From the NCBI GenBank assembly GCA_049287205.1, contig JBAQFJ010000001.1:122042-186041 (forward strand): a stretch of DNA of 64,000 nucleotides, written 5' to 3'. Positions 28,378 to 40,887 of this stretch are shown here, piece by piece (position 1 is the stretch's first letter; each line of letters starts with the position of its first letter). A model generated the notes under the pieces. It did not search any database, had not been told where the DNA came from, and saw only the letters and a list, made by a program, of their open reading frames with translations. Source of the stretch: Microgenomates group bacterium. Its GTDB lineage: Bacteria; Patescibacteriota; Microgenomatia; UBA10105; UBA927. The position numbers and the translations under genes are program-made.

Positions 28378-30033
28378 ATGACCAAGTTGTCATATGGTAT
28401 TATTGCGATTTTGTTATTACTTTTGACAAGTATTTTGTCGTTTAAACCATCTGTTGTGTATTCACAAACAGTGTATCCGACAAATACACCTGTTCCAACC
28501 CAAGAGCCGGATTCTTGTACTGGATCGTTGGATTGTAGAGATCCAGTAATTGGTGAGGATCCTCCAGCATGCTGTTGTTCCGGATGTACACAAAGTGGTT
28601 CAAAAACAGTGAAAGTTGAATGTAGGCCTTTGACGGGAGGTCCTTATGTAAACTGTACTAAACCTGAGGATAGTTGTCAGCCAAGTACCCTTTGTGGACC
28701 CACACTGACGTGGACTGAGTGTTTAGCGTGTACTGAAGGATCAACCGCCTGGACCTATGTGCCACAGAATGACTGCGGGGGAAGCAGTTGCGGATGCAAT
28801 GAACGGCGGACAGTATCAGTGTGGTGTAATGGATTTCATTGTTACGATACTTGCAACGCTGATGATCAATGCACCAATGAATGTGTATCCACTCCAACTC
28901 CAACTCCGACCACCTATTACCCGCCTGATGCTGATGTCTATTATGGAACATTGCGGGCGAGAGTTGTGACGGCAACTGCAGCTGACACAAGTTGTGGTAC
29001 CATTGCCGCGTCAACAAATTATTTCAGCGGGGTGCTTGTGAACTTTTCTCCCTATATCGGTGAAGAACGGTTGTTTACCGGCAGTACGCTTTCTTGGACA
29101 AATGTCGCAACTTCCGGAATGACAGTCTACGGTATTTCCAGCACGCCGCCAGGGGCATATGCTCTGGCAAACGTGTGTGTATCAACCAATGGTGGTGCAT
29201 ACGCACAAAATAATGCGGGTACATTAACCGCAAATGGTGTTCTTGATTTTGTGATTGCCTATTTGCCGCAAAACGGGTGGGTGCAGACGGTTGGCGGTGA
29301 TGCGTATGCGGCATCTTCCATTGTTTCTTCCATTCCTTCGACCATTACCACGTATTTTAATCTTGCAGGCGCTATGGGTGATGCAGGCATGGTGTCGTAT
29401 GGATCAGACTATGATTTTGCCCTTGATTATGCGGATTTCGGGGAAACTTTGGTATCGGAAAAGCAGTGGCTGGTGCAGCGTACAACGACAAAAACAAATT
29501 ATTATGAACATTTTGCAACACAGATGGATGTTGCAGGCAGCGCCACACCGCTTGAAACACTGGTAAATATAAGCAAGCCGACAACATGCACGTCATCTCC
29601 CTGCGTGTATTATGCAAACGGTGATATGACCACTGATGCAGCTTCTACGTGGGCAATTGGTGCTACGGAACAGACAGTGCTGTTTGTCAACGGAAATGTG
29701 ACTATAAATAACAACATTACCATAGCATCCGGAGGATTTTTTGCGATTGTTGCGAGTGGAAATATAACGCTCGATCCTGCGGTGACGGAGCTTCATGGAA
29801 TATATATTGCGTCCAACGCAACCAATAATGCGGTATTTAGTTCCGGAAACGGATCAACCCAGCTTGTCGTAACCGGATCAGTGATTGCAGACAATTTTGC
29901 GTTGGAACGGGATCTTGTTTCACTCAATGCGACTGCACCGGGAGAGATCTTTATGTTCAATCCGCAATTATTATTTACGATGCCTGACACCATGAAAGAA
30001 ACCCCGTATGTCTGGCAGGAAGTGGCTCCGTAA
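28378..30033 (+). CDS. secreted cysteine-rich hypothetical protein
   Basis: 551 aa; signal peptide; about 30 Cys in the first 170 aa (CCCSGC, CGC motifs), TPTPTPT linker, Gly/Thr/Asn-rich C-terminal domain. Confidence 0.55.
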   Translation: MTKLSYGIIAILLLLLTSILSFKPSVVYSQTVYPTNTPVPTQEPDSCTGSLDCRDPVIGEDPPACCCSGCTQSGSKTVKVECRPLTGGPYVNCTKPEDSCQPSTLCGPTLTWTECLACTEGSTAWTYVPQNDCGGSSCGCNERRTVSVWCNGFHCYDTCNADDQCTNECVSTPTPTPTTYYPPDADVYYGTLRARVVTATAADTSCGTIAASTNYFSGVLVNFSPYIGEERLFTGSTLSWTNVATSGMTVYGISSTPPGAYALANVCVSTNGGAYAQNNAGTLTANGVLDFVIAYLPQNGWVQTVGGDAYAASSIVSSIPSTITTYFNLAGAMGDAGMVSYGSDYDFALDYADFGETLVSEKQWLVQRTTTKTNYYEHFATQMDVAGSATPLETLVNISKPTTCTSSPCVYYANGDMTTDAASTWAIGATEQTVLFVNGNVTINNNITIASGGFFAIVASGNITLDPAVTELHGIYIASNATNNAVFSSGNGSTQLVVTGSVIADNFALERDLVSLNATAPGEIFMFNPQLLFTMPDTMKETPYVWQEVAP

Positions 30034-30080
30034 TCAACAACAATGGAAGAAGCGTGCGGGTTGCAGCAACACGCTTGATA

Positions 30081-30884
30081 TTAGCCGAGAGAAAAATGGA
30101 ACAGCGACTGTGACAGCAACCAGATGCCTTCAGATAAAATCAGGACTGCAATGAGTGTCTGCAGCAATTTTACATTGAGATATTTTGTGAGTGTTGGTCC
30201 AACGATTCCTCCAAAAAATGCTCCGATCGTTAAATTGATCAGGAGGTCGTAGGAAATGACTTTTTTGGATAGAAGATAAATAATAAATCCGGTAATGCAG
30301 ATAGGCACTTCGGAGAGCGTTGTGGAACCGATTGATTTTTTTGCATGGTTGCCGGAAAGCACTTGTCCACCTGTCATAAGCGGGCCAAACCCGCCGCCGG
30401 AAATACCTTTGTTAAATGCAGATATGATGGCAAGTCCGGTTATTTTTTTCCAAGAAAAATTAAACCGGCGTTTTAACAGAAGCACAACTCCTATAATGGT
30501 GACTAATACGCCAATATAGAGTTTTAAGATTTCTTTTGGAAGTTTGACTCCCAGTACCGCTCCGACAACGGTGGCTCCGACCCCCAAGAATCCCACAAGG
30601 AGAGAGATGCGGAGGTCTTTTGAAATAGAGAGATGTTTTTTCCCGTCCTCACCACCAACTACCAGAGATGGAAATAAATCCGCAGTTTTATATTTATTAT
30701 GAAAAAATGCGGCCATGAATCCGCCGACTGCCTGGGAAATTAAAATTGATGGCACCACGAGATTGGAAGAGAATCCAAAAATGATAAGTAGCGGCGAAAG
30801 GATTGTCCCGTATCCCATGCCAAGTCCCGAATCAATGACTTCCATAATGAATGCGAGCACGATAAGAAACAACGCATTTTCCAT
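30081..30884 (-). CDS. TauE/SafE (TSUP, DUF81) family membrane transporter
   Basis: 267 aa, 7-8 TM, Gly-rich repeats typical of sulfite/sulfonate exporter-type TSUP proteins; immediately downstream of sat/cysC. Confidence 0.6.
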   Translation of the reverse strand: MENALFLIVLAFIMEVIDSGLGMGYGTILSPLLIIFGFSSNLVVPSILISQAVGGFMAAFFHNKYKTADLFPSLVVGGEDGKKHLSISKDLRISLLVGFLGVGATVVGAVLGVKLPKEILKLYIGVLVTIIGVVLLLKRRFNFSWKKITGLAIISAFNKGISGGGFGPLMTGGQVLSGNHAKKSIGSTTLSEVPICITGFIIYLLSKKVISYDLLINLTIGAFFGGIVGPTLTKYLNVKLLQTLIAVLILSEGIWLLSQSLFHFSLG

Positions 30885-30888
30885 ATAT

Positions 30889-32694
<1,806 letters not shown>

Positions 32695-32696
32695 TC

Positions 32697-33866
32697 ATGA
32701 ACTATCTTATTATTATTCCTTTTGCACTACCTTGGAACTGGTCTGCTGATTATGAAAAAGAAACAGCGAAACAGTTGGCGAAGAAGCATACTGTCGTTGC
32801 GTTTTTAGTCGGAGAAGGATTTACGCTTTGGCAATATATCCGAGCCCCAAGAGTGCTTATACAGAAGATCAACGCGCATCTGTATGTGTATAAACCGTTG
32901 TATATTTTGCCGTTTCAACGGTTTTTGATTATACGGCATATCAATTTCCGTATAGCAGCATATCTCGTGCGATTATGGATTTGGTGTTCACCCATGAGGA
33001 GAAAGAAAAAAATCTACTGGTCTTTTTCTTTGCAATATGCGGTATTTCCAACGTATTTTGGTCCGCATTATTTTTCTATATATGACTGCGTTGACGCGTT
33101 TGTTACAGAAAATCCGCAGAGGCAGGTATTGTGGAAGCGATATGAGGAACGAATTCTTAAAGAATCGGATTTGGTTCTTGTTAATTCTAAGACACTGTAT
33201 GCGCAAAAAGTCCATAGTCACCCGCATATCGTTCAAACCGGTGAAGGACTGTTCAGCAAGGATATTTTTGACGCTCCGAGGAACAGGCAGGAACCAAGCG
33301 ACATTGCTGTTATTCCACACCCACGCATTACATTTATCGGCACTATTAACAACCGGCTGGATTTTTTTCTTATAAAAAAACTTGTTGCAATCACCCCTTC
33401 CTATTCGTATGTCTTTATCGGAGGAGAGGATCCTTTTTTTGACGGACATACGGAAACGGATTTTTCTAAAGAAATTGCAAAGCTTAAAACAATGCCGAAT
33501 TGTTATTTTCTTGGCAAGAAACAAAAAACAGAAATCCCCGCATATATCGGACAGAGTGACGTAGGGTTTATTCCGTATGACATCTCCCTCTTGTTTAACA
33601 AGTTTTGTTCCCCTATGAAGATTCAAGAGTATTTTTATATGGGAAAACCGGTGTTAAGTACGGCAATACCCGAAGTTACAGTATTTGTTCCACATGTTGC
33701 CTTATTTCATACAGCTCCCGAAGGCAAAAATCAGTTGAAACGATTATTGTCTACATCGTTTACCAAAAAACAAATTTTGCAGTTGCGCCAGATTGCCAGA
33801 AACAATTCTATTGCAAAAAAATGTCGGTATGTAGAAACAGTTTTACAGAAACATTATGTGTCGTAA
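32697..33866 (+). CDS. glycosyltransferase, GT-B fold (GT4-like)
   Basis: 389 aa; C-terminal ...SPMKIQEYFYMGKPVLST... E-x7-E-like motif. Confidence 0.55.
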   Translation: MNYLIIIPFALPWNWSADYEKETAKQLAKKHTVVAFLVGEGFTLWQYIRAPRVLIQKINAHLYVYKPLYILPFQRFLIIRHINFRIAAYLVRLWIWCSPMRRKKKIYWSFSLQYAVFPTYFGPHYFSIYDCVDAFVTENPQRQVLWKRYEERILKESDLVLVNSKTLYAQKVHSHPHIVQTGEGLFSKDIFDAPRNRQEPSDIAVIPHPRITFIGTINNRLDFFLIKKLVAITPSYSYVFIGGEDPFFDGHTETDFSKEIAKLKTMPNCYFLGKKQKTEIPAYIGQSDVGFIPYDISLLFNKFCSPMKIQEYFYMGKPVLSTAIPEVTVFVPHVALFHTAPEGKNQLKRLLSTSFTKKQILQLRQIARNNSIAKKCRYVETVLQKHYVS

Positions 33867-33890
33867 GTTTGATACAATGCATACGTTCAT

Positions 33891-34862
33891 ATGATCATTC
33901 CTCAATCTGCAGTTATCGCTATTACCCTCAACTGTAACGCACGGTGTACTATGTGCAATATTTGGCAAAATCATATTCAAAATGAACTTGCGCCTGATCA
34001 ATATTTAAAACTTCCTGCAACCCTCACCGATATAAATATTACCGGAGGAGAACCGTTTTTAAGGCGAGATATTGTAGAAATAGTGCGCAACATGAAAATT
34101 GCAGCGCCGCGGGCACGTTTAATTTTGAATACCAATGGGTTTATGACACATAAAATTATTGAGGATATGCGGCAGATTATCGTTATTGACCCGCATTTTG
34201 CATTTCGCGTCTCTCTTGATGGAATAGGAAAGGTACACGATACAATCCGGGGAATTCCAGGTGGATATGAAAAGTGTATGGAAACGCTTCGCGCCGTAAG
34301 AGCATTAGGAGTGAAGGATATTGGCATTTCTTTTACCCTGATGCAACAGAATATTGATGAATTGCCCAAAATACAACAATTATGCAAAGAACAGGGGTAT
34401 GAATTTTCTCTTACAGTTGTCACTAATTCGCCGATATATTTTGGCGAGAAGAAAGAGGATTTTCGGCCGAAACGAAATGCAAAACTAGATAGCATTCTAC
34501 AACATGCCGCGGCAACACATTATCAGTCATATAATCCGAAAGAAATTATCCGTGGATGGTTTGTTTCCCGTTTGTTGTCGTATATAAAAACTGGAAAGCG
34601 AGTGCTTCCGTGTTATGCAGGATCCGGATTTTTTTATATGGATTCAGTGGGCAACGTCTATACATGTCATATGAAGCCGTGGATTATGGGGAACATAACA
34701 AAACAATCCTTTCCTACAATACTGGCCAATCAACATTTTGCACCCCGTGTAGCCAGTTGTAATGACTGTTTTATGGTATGTACCGTCAAATCCAGTATGC
34801 GGCATCATTTATTCAAAGTGGCACGTGAAGCGTTAACAGGTGCAATAACTGCGCATATATGA
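33891..34862 (+). CDS. radical SAM / SPASM-domain protein
   Basis: CNARCTMC (Cx3Cx2C), GGEPFL; C-terminal Cys cluster (CYAGSG..C...CNDC..C) consistent with a SPASM/twitch domain. Confidence 0.7.
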   Translation: MIIPQSAVIAITLNCNARCTMCNIWQNHIQNELAPDQYLKLPATLTDINITGGEPFLRRDIVEIVRNMKIAAPRARLILNTNGFMTHKIIEDMRQIIVIDPHFAFRVSLDGIGKVHDTIRGIPGGYEKCMETLRAVRALGVKDIGISFTLMQQNIDELPKIQQLCKEQGYEFSLTVVTNSPIYFGEKKEDFRPKRNAKLDSILQHAAATHYQSYNPKEIIRGWFVSRLLSYIKTGKRVLPCYAGSGFFYMDSVGNVYTCHMKPWIMGNITKQSFPTILANQHFAPRVASCNDCFMVCTVKSSMRHHLFKVAREALTGAITAHI

Positions 34863-36118
34863 ACAGGACCATTAAAAAATATTTTGCCGCAGGCATTGTC
34901 AGCGGCGTTTTGGTGCTTGTTGTCACAAAAGCCTTGCAGCTGGGACTGAAATTGATTGTTGCACGTCTTGGGGTTGAGGAATTCGGTTCCTATTATTATT
35001 TCATTTCTCTATATACGTCTTTCGTAGCTATTGCATCACTTGGAATTCCGATGAGCATTACGCGATTTCTCGCATATTACGGCGGAAAAAAGCAGGAACA
35101 GATGCGTTCGTACATTATCCAATCCGCAATGATCCTCATGGGTATCATTGCTGTTGTTCTTACAGGAAGTCTCATGCTTTGTGTACAACGTTTTGCTGGG
35201 TATCTTGCAGCGGCGGCGTATACCACGAGTCTTTGGCTGCTTGTATGTTCCATACCGTTTTCATTCCTGATTGTTAGCATCAAAGCGGGATTATTAGGAC
35301 AACTCCAAATAAAAAAGAGTTATTTTATTGATGGACTTACGGCACTTATTACATTTAGTTGTATCTCTGTTGGACTTTTTGTTTTTCATGCAGGGGTTGC
35401 AGGAGCATTGTATGCATATGCGCTCTCCATACTCATAACAGCCGTAATCAGTGTGTATCTGTTCCGTTCATACATTCCTTTTTCTTCCTTTTCTTTTCGG
35501 ATTTCAAAGGAATTTGTTCACTATACTTGGCCAGTAAGTGTGTCGGAGATTATGACCGCATCATCTACCATCCTATATGTAACCATTCTGAAATATTATG
35601 GTGGAGACAACGAGGTTGGTCTCTATGGACTTGCTGTTACTATTGCGTCACTTGTAAATATATTTCCGCAGATTATCCTTCCGGTATTTTTTCCCGTAAT
35701 CTCTACACTGTTTAGCCAAGGAGTTTCCATACGCGAGGTGTATAAAAAAACTGTTCTATTATTGATAATTACATCGTTAGTATCTGCTGTTGTATTATTA
35801 TTAGGAAGCCGTTTAGGTACCAGTCTTTTCTTCGGATCTTCCTATTTTGCAGCTCTTCCCATGGTGCCGTATTTTATTGCCGCATATATGATTTACATTC
35901 TATTTGTGTGGTATAACAGACAACTTTTGGATATGGCAGGGCTGACAAAAATAAATTTACTTCTTACTGGTATCCGTATTATCATAACGACATTGGTATT
36001 GTTTTTGTCTGTCCCCGCTATATCTGGTATGCATATGGCGATAGCATTTGGTATCGGATGGCTTATTGAGGGATTACTCTGCCTATCATTAATTCGTCAG
36101 AAGCGGCTACTTATATAA
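34859..36118 (+). CDS. polysaccharide biosynthesis protein / Wzx-like flippase (MOP superfamily)
   Basis: 419 aa, about 12 TM; N-terminus typical of Wzx-like proteins. Confidence 0.55.
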   Translation: MNRTIKKYFAAGIVSGVLVLVVTKALQLGLKLIVARLGVEEFGSYYYFISLYTSFVAIASLGIPMSITRFLAYYGGKKQEQMRSYIIQSAMILMGIIAVVLTGSLMLCVQRFAGYLAAAAYTTSLWLLVCSIPFSFLIVSIKAGLLGQLQIKKSYFIDGLTALITFSCISVGLFVFHAGVAGALYAYALSILITAVISVYLFRSYIPFSSFSFRISKEFVHYTWPVSVSEIMTASSTILYVTILKYYGGDNEVGLYGLAVTIASLVNIFPQIILPVFFPVISTLFSQGVSIREVYKKTVLLLIITSLVSAVVLLLGSRLGTSLFFGSSYFAALPMVPYFIAAYMIYILFVWYNRQLLDMAGLTKINLLLTGIRIIITTLVLFLSVPAISGMHMAIAFGIGWLIEGLLCLSLIRQKRLLI

Positions 36119-36121
36119 TGT

Positions 36122-37231
36122 ATGATGCGTGTTTCTTTATTTTCTGATTATCAAGAAGACGGTTGGAAAAGCATGGATGTCTATACAGATAATCTCGCGT
36201 GGCAGGTAAAGCAGTGTGTTCCGGATGTGGTAGTTACTCGGTATGCGGCGATGCAGCCATTTTCTTCTCTGTTTTCAAAGCCGCATAAATTCATGCGGTA
36301 TTGTTTTCGGTATTGTATTAATCCGCTACTTGCTCCATTTCATCAGGGGGACATCAACCACATTATTGATCAATCAAATGCACATCTTTTGCATATCCTA
36401 GACAGAAAAAAAACAGTCATTACCTGTCATGATTTGATCGTTCCGTTATGGCAAAAAGAGAATCGTGTGTCATTCGTTCCTTGGATACGCCATCAAGTGA
36501 AATTATGGAGAATACGGTCACTACGGCTAGCTGCACATATTATTGCTGTATCTGCCTATACCAAACAGGAATTAATGCAAAAACTATCCATTCCGGAAGC
36601 GAAGATTACGGTTATTCCTGAAGGTGTTGAACGCATATTTTGTCCAACCAGTGCGCGTTTGGTATCCCAAATAAGGAAAAAATATGATTTTCCCAAGACA
36701 TTTTTGTTGCATGTCGGTAGCTGTGCCGAGTATAAAAACATGGAATATTTGGTTCGGTTGTTTGCATCTCTGAGAAAACAATATCCAGCGTTGTATCTGG
36801 TGAAAGTCGGATCAGCGTGGACAAAAGATTTGCAGAACCTGATCGATACCATGCATGTAGGAGACCATATACGAACCATTCCCTATGTACCAAGGGAAGA
36901 CTTGCCGAGGATATATGCGGCCGCTGTTTGTTTGGTACACCCCTCCATTGTGGAAGGATTTGGACTGACCGTACTTGAAGCGATGGCGTGCGGGTGCCCA
37001 GTTGTTGTTTCGGATATTCCGTCACATCGTGAGCTTGTCGGAAATGCGGGTGTGTTTTTTTCGCTTCATACTGTATCCTCAGGGAAAGAAAAAATTATAT
37101 CAGTCATTGAAAACACGGCAAAAAGAAAACAGTTTGTACAAAAGGGGATATCGCGTGCGCGTGTGTTTCGTTGGGAAAGAACAGCGAGATTAACGGCAAA
37201 GGTGTACCTCGGTATACAAAAACACGTATGA
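36122..37231 (+). CDS. glycosyltransferase family 4 (GT-B)
   Basis: ...IVEGFGLTVLEAMACGCPVVVSD... EX7E motif. Confidence 0.8.
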   Translation: MMRVSLFSDYQEDGWKSMDVYTDNLAWQVKQCVPDVVVTRYAAMQPFSSLFSKPHKFMRYCFRYCINPLLAPFHQGDINHIIDQSNAHLLHILDRKKTVITCHDLIVPLWQKENRVSFVPWIRHQVKLWRIRSLRLAAHIIAVSAYTKQELMQKLSIPEAKITVIPEGVERIFCPTSARLVSQIRKKYDFPKTFLLHVGSCAEYKNMEYLVRLFASLRKQYPALYLVKVGSAWTKDLQNLIDTMHVGDHIRTIPYVPREDLPRIYAAAVCLVHPSIVEGFGLTVLEAMACGCPVVVSDIPSHRELVGNAGVFFSLHTVSSGKEKIISVIENTAKRKQFVQKGISRARVFRWERTARLTAKVYLGIQKHV

Positions 37232-38454
37232 ACATTGTCTTAGTATCATCAGCAATTATTCCCAATTCCATTGGGGGAATTGAAGTGTTGACAGTGCTTT
37301 TGGCAAAAGCGTTTGTTTTGCTTGGTCACAGGGTAGTTATTTACACGGGCGGGCAGAACATCGTGCGTATGGAGGAAGGAGTGGAAATACATGAAATTCC
37401 CGAATTGCAGCTTCACCAACAGCTAAAAAGTTTTTTGATGCCGTATTATGCGTATCGTTTGCAAAAACGGCTTGCACAAGAAGCACACATTCAGCATGCC
37501 GATATTATTAACGCTGTGGATTTAGACAGCATCGTCGCGCTTGCACGGTGGGATAGGGTGGCAAGTGTGTTTATTGCGACGGTACAGGATTATGGGTTAA
37601 TCTGCGCAAACGGGCTGCTTCTGTACGGAAATTCCGTGTGTCCGGTTTTTTGCCATCATCAGCAAGGATTTGCGTGTTTGAAAAAACGGAAAATTTCCAT
37701 TGGTCAAAAGTTGTATTTGGAAATTGCATATCGGATACGGAAGCGATATAGAGACAAAACAATACAACATCTTACCGATGTAATTTGTGTGAGCGAATTT
37801 GTAGCAAAACAAATTAAAAAAATTTCTCCAGATATCCACATAGACGTCATCGGCAATTGTCTGCCAAATTCTTGGATATACCAAAAAGCAGCGCCTGATG
37901 TGAAGAAAGATATTGATGTGTTGTATGCCGGACGTCTTGAATCATTCAAAGGAGTGGAAGTGTTTATTCACGCGCTGAAAAAATTACCCGCCAGTCATCC
38001 GCGGGTCGTTTATGCCATTGGCGGCGGGAAAGTGGGGTACTACCAAAAAATTGTTGCATCCATGCATTTACCGCATGAAATTCATTTTCTTCATGCAATA
38101 CCTTTTGAACAGATGAAGCATTATTATCAGCGATCTATCGTTGTGGTTGTCCCTTCCGTGTGGCCGGAGCCGTGCGGCAGGGTAATTATTGAAGGCATGT
38201 TTTGGAAGTGCGTTGTGGTGAGTACCAGTCGTGGAGGAACTCCAGAACTCATAAAACAGCAGAATGGATTCCTTGTATCTCCCGGAAACAGCACAGAACT
38301 TGCTGCAGTGATTCACCGAGTGTTACAGCATCCTGAGATGGCAAAAACGATTGCAATGCGTGCACACCGGCAGGCAAAAAAAATCTATACACAGAAACAT
38401 ATTGCCGAGCAGTATATCAAAGTGTATAGGAGGCGCTTGAAGAAGACCTCATAG
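37228..38454 (+). CDS. glycosyltransferase family 4 (GT-B)
   Basis: ORF 37171..38454; start MNIVLVSS at 37228 (ATGA overlap with the upstream GT). ...VVVPSVWPEPCGRVIIEGMFWKCVVVST... Confidence 0.75.
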   Translation: MNIVLVSSAIIPNSIGGIEVLTVLLAKAFVLLGHRVVIYTGGQNIVRMEEGVEIHEIPELQLHQQLKSFLMPYYAYRLQKRLAQEAHIQHADIINAVDLDSIVALARWDRVASVFIATVQDYGLICANGLLLYGNSVCPVFCHHQQGFACLKKRKISIGQKLYLEIAYRIRKRYRDKTIQHLTDVICVSEFVAKQIKKISPDIHIDVIGNCLPNSWIYQKAAPDVKKDIDVLYAGRLESFKGVEVFIHALKKLPASHPRVVYAIGGGKVGYYQKIVASMHLPHEIHFLHAIPFEQMKHYYQRSIVVVVPSVWPEPCGRVIIEGMFWKCVVVSTSRGGTPELIKQQNGFLVSPGNSTELAAVIHRVLQHPEMAKTIAMRAHRQAKKIYTQKHIAEQYIKVYRRRLKKTS

Positions 38455-38503
38455 TATATTGTTTATATGTTTTTCCTATGATACACTGAGGCCACAAAAT
38501 TTT

Positions 38504-39334
38504 ATGAAAAAATATTTTCTTCCAACAATAGTAAAAAAATATAATAAAATTGCAATCGTCGTACTTCTTGGAATTAGCATTGTGGCACTCGGTATGTTTG
38601 TTCTTTCAAAAGTAGTCACAGACAAATCCGATTTTGTTGTTGTTCGAGTAAAAGGCAGTCCTGGTAATTGGTGGTGGGTGACACCGCGGCCGCCCGATTG
38701 GCTTGTTTCTTCAATTCATGTTGGAGACAAAGAATATAGCTCTTTGAACAAACCAACAGCAGAAGTCTTAGACCTCAATATTTATGATGCAGGCGGTTCA
38801 ACAAAAGATTTGTATATGTATGTCCGGCTTGCTGCCAAAAAAAATAGACAGACAGGAAAATATCGGTATAAGGGTGAAAATCTTGAAATAGGAGGACCGA
38901 TCAATTTAAGCTTAAACAACGTGCTTGTCCCTGGTATGGTTACAGAGATTCATGAAGGGTCTAGTATTCCTCAAAAAACATTCCTTTGGAAAACAGTCAC
39001 CGTCCGCATGTTTGATAAATGGCCGTGGGAATATGATGCAATTACCATTGGAGAAGTTATGACAGATGGGGTAAATACCATTGCTGAGATTGTCGATAAA
39101 ACATTTGTTCCGTCTCCACGCGAGCCATACACGTATACTGGACAATTGCTTGCAGCAGGAAGCCCAATCCAACAAGATTTTATTCTTACTCTCAAGATTC
39201 GCGTTGAACCGCGAGGGTCTGACACTATTTTTCGTGAAGAACAATACGTCAAATTAGGAAACGGGTTATGGATACAATTTCCCAGTTATAACGTAAGCGG
39301 CGGAATCATTACTGCAATCCATGAAATTCTTTGA
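38504..39334 (+). CDS. hypothetical membrane-anchored protein (DUF, beta-rich extracytoplasmic domain)
   Basis: ORF 38459..39334; start MKKYFLP at 38504; single TM; no recognisable catalytic motif. Confidence 0.5.
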   Translation: MKKYFLPTIVKKYNKIAIVVLLGISIVALGMFVLSKVVTDKSDFVVVRVKGSPGNWWWVTPRPPDWLVSSIHVGDKEYSSLNKPTAEVLDLNIYDAGGSTKDLYMYVRLAAKKNRQTGKYRYKGENLEIGGPINLSLNNVLVPGMVTEIHEGSSIPQKTFLWKTVTVRMFDKWPWEYDAITIGEVMTDGVNTIAEIVDKTFVPSPREPYTYTGQLLAAGSPIQQDFILTLKIRVEPRGSDTIFREEQYVKLGNGLWIQFPSYNVSGGIITAIHEIL

Positions 39335-39341
39335 TAAATGA

Positions 39342-40883
39342 ATGAACACACTGGCATATCTTCAGCAGCAGGATCCAAGCGTTATTGAACCGTATACAGC
39401 AGTACAAGGCAATCCGAGCTATGGGTCTGATGTTCCTCAGGATTATCCCTATGATCCCGGAGCAACAAGTTCCTTATATGAATTAGGGTATATACCCGCA
39501 ACGAGCTCACTACTATCTCTTGTGTTTATTGGTGTTTTCAGTCTTGTGATTTTCTTTTTTGTTTTCAGGCAATCACAAAAACACAAAGTGTTGCGCATTC
39601 TCATATTGCTTTCGATTGCATTTGTTTTTCTTGGCCCGTTATCGATTGCGTCCATATCCAGTCATACCACGATCGGTTATGCAAAAATCATCGGGCTGTT
39701 TCTCATTGCGCTTACTGTTGTCAAAATGGTCCGGACGAAGTCAATTGACATTGTACACACCGCCTCTTTTATCCCTATCTGTTTGTACATTATTTCACTG
39801 CTTATTTCCGGTTTTACCATGACCAATACCTATTTTTTTGTGAAAGACATATCGCTCATTATCGGTGGATTGATGTTTTTTTATATCGCGTACTCCTATA
39901 TAGAGGAAGAATCCCTGCAAAAGGACGTTGTGACGCTTCTTTCCTATGCCACCTTGTTTCCATCAGCCATTGTATTATTTATCAATTTTTTCCAGCAGCA
40001 AGGAGTAGCGCTTATTTCCGGTCTGTATCCTCGGTATGAAAACATTGTCTTTAATTTTGATTTGAAGCGGGGGCGCATATTATCCATTATCGATTTGGAA
40101 TTTTTTGTTCCGTTTGTGTTGTATATGCTGATTACCGAGAGAAATAAGCTCATGCCGATTATAAAAATTACACTCCTGTCATTTTCCGTGTATTTGACGA
40201 TGTACCGGTATCGTTTTTTAACATTTGTTGTTGGCACATTTGCCTATTTGTCATCCATATTTTCTCTTGTCAGCAAAAAAATGATCGCATATGCAGCAGG
40301 ATTTTTTATTTTGCTGTTTGGCGTGTATATGATTATTGCGGTGTCTTTGGGAAAAACGACGATTATCGACCGGTTTCTTTTGGAAGATAAAAAGGCGGAT
40401 TACGACAGTATTAGGCGGCGCTTTGTTATGATCGGACAGGCATGGGAATTGTTTACTGAATATCCAATTTTTGGTGTCGGCGTTGGCAATTACAAGGACA
40501 ACGTGCAGGTTACCTATACAACGTTTGGTGGAAGGACGTACGAACCGTATTATAAAGTGCTGCAAAATGTGTATGCGTATCCTCACAACTGGTTTATGCA
40601 GGTGCTCGCGGAAAATGGCATTGTCGGGTTTATCGTTCTCATGTACCTTTTATATACCTTCGGGAGAATTGATTTGCGCCTTATGCAGAAGTTGAAAGGG
40701 AACAGAAAGTTGTTGTTTTTAGCATTCAGCGTTTCTTCATGGCTCTACGTCTTTGCCAACCAATTTACACCGCTCAATAACTCCCAGCCAATGGTTATTT
40801 TCTTTTGGCTGTTCCGGGGAATTATCGAACGGACGTATCAGCAAACAACGTTTTCCTTACCAATCTCGCGTAAAAGAACGTAA
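39342..40883 (+). CDS. O-antigen ligase / polymerase-like membrane protein (Wzy_C family)
   Basis: 513 aa, over 10 TM; FGVGVGNYKD and YPHNWFMQVLAENGIVGF typical of the O-antigen ligase domain. Confidence 0.55.
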   Translation: MNTLAYLQQQDPSVIEPYTAVQGNPSYGSDVPQDYPYDPGATSSLYELGYIPATSSLLSLVFIGVFSLVIFFFVFRQSQKHKVLRILILLSIAFVFLGPLSIASISSHTTIGYAKIIGLFLIALTVVKMVRTKSIDIVHTASFIPICLYIISLLISGFTMTNTYFFVKDISLIIGGLMFFYIAYSYIEEESLQKDVVTLLSYATLFPSAIVLFINFFQQQGVALISGLYPRYENIVFNFDLKRGRILSIIDLEFFVPFVLYMLITERNKLMPIIKITLLSFSVYLTMYRYRFLTFVVGTFAYLSSIFSLVSKKMIAYAAGFFILLFGVYMIIAVSLGKTTIIDRFLLEDKKADYDSIRRRFVMIGQAWELFTEYPIFGVGVGNYKDNVQVTYTTFGGRTYEPYYKVLQNVYAYPHNWFMQVLAENGIVGFIVLMYLLYTFGRIDLRLMQKLKGNRKLLFLAFSVSSWLYVFANQFTPLNNSQPMVIFFWLFRGIIERTYQQTTFSLPISRKRT

Positions 40884-40887
40884 CACT

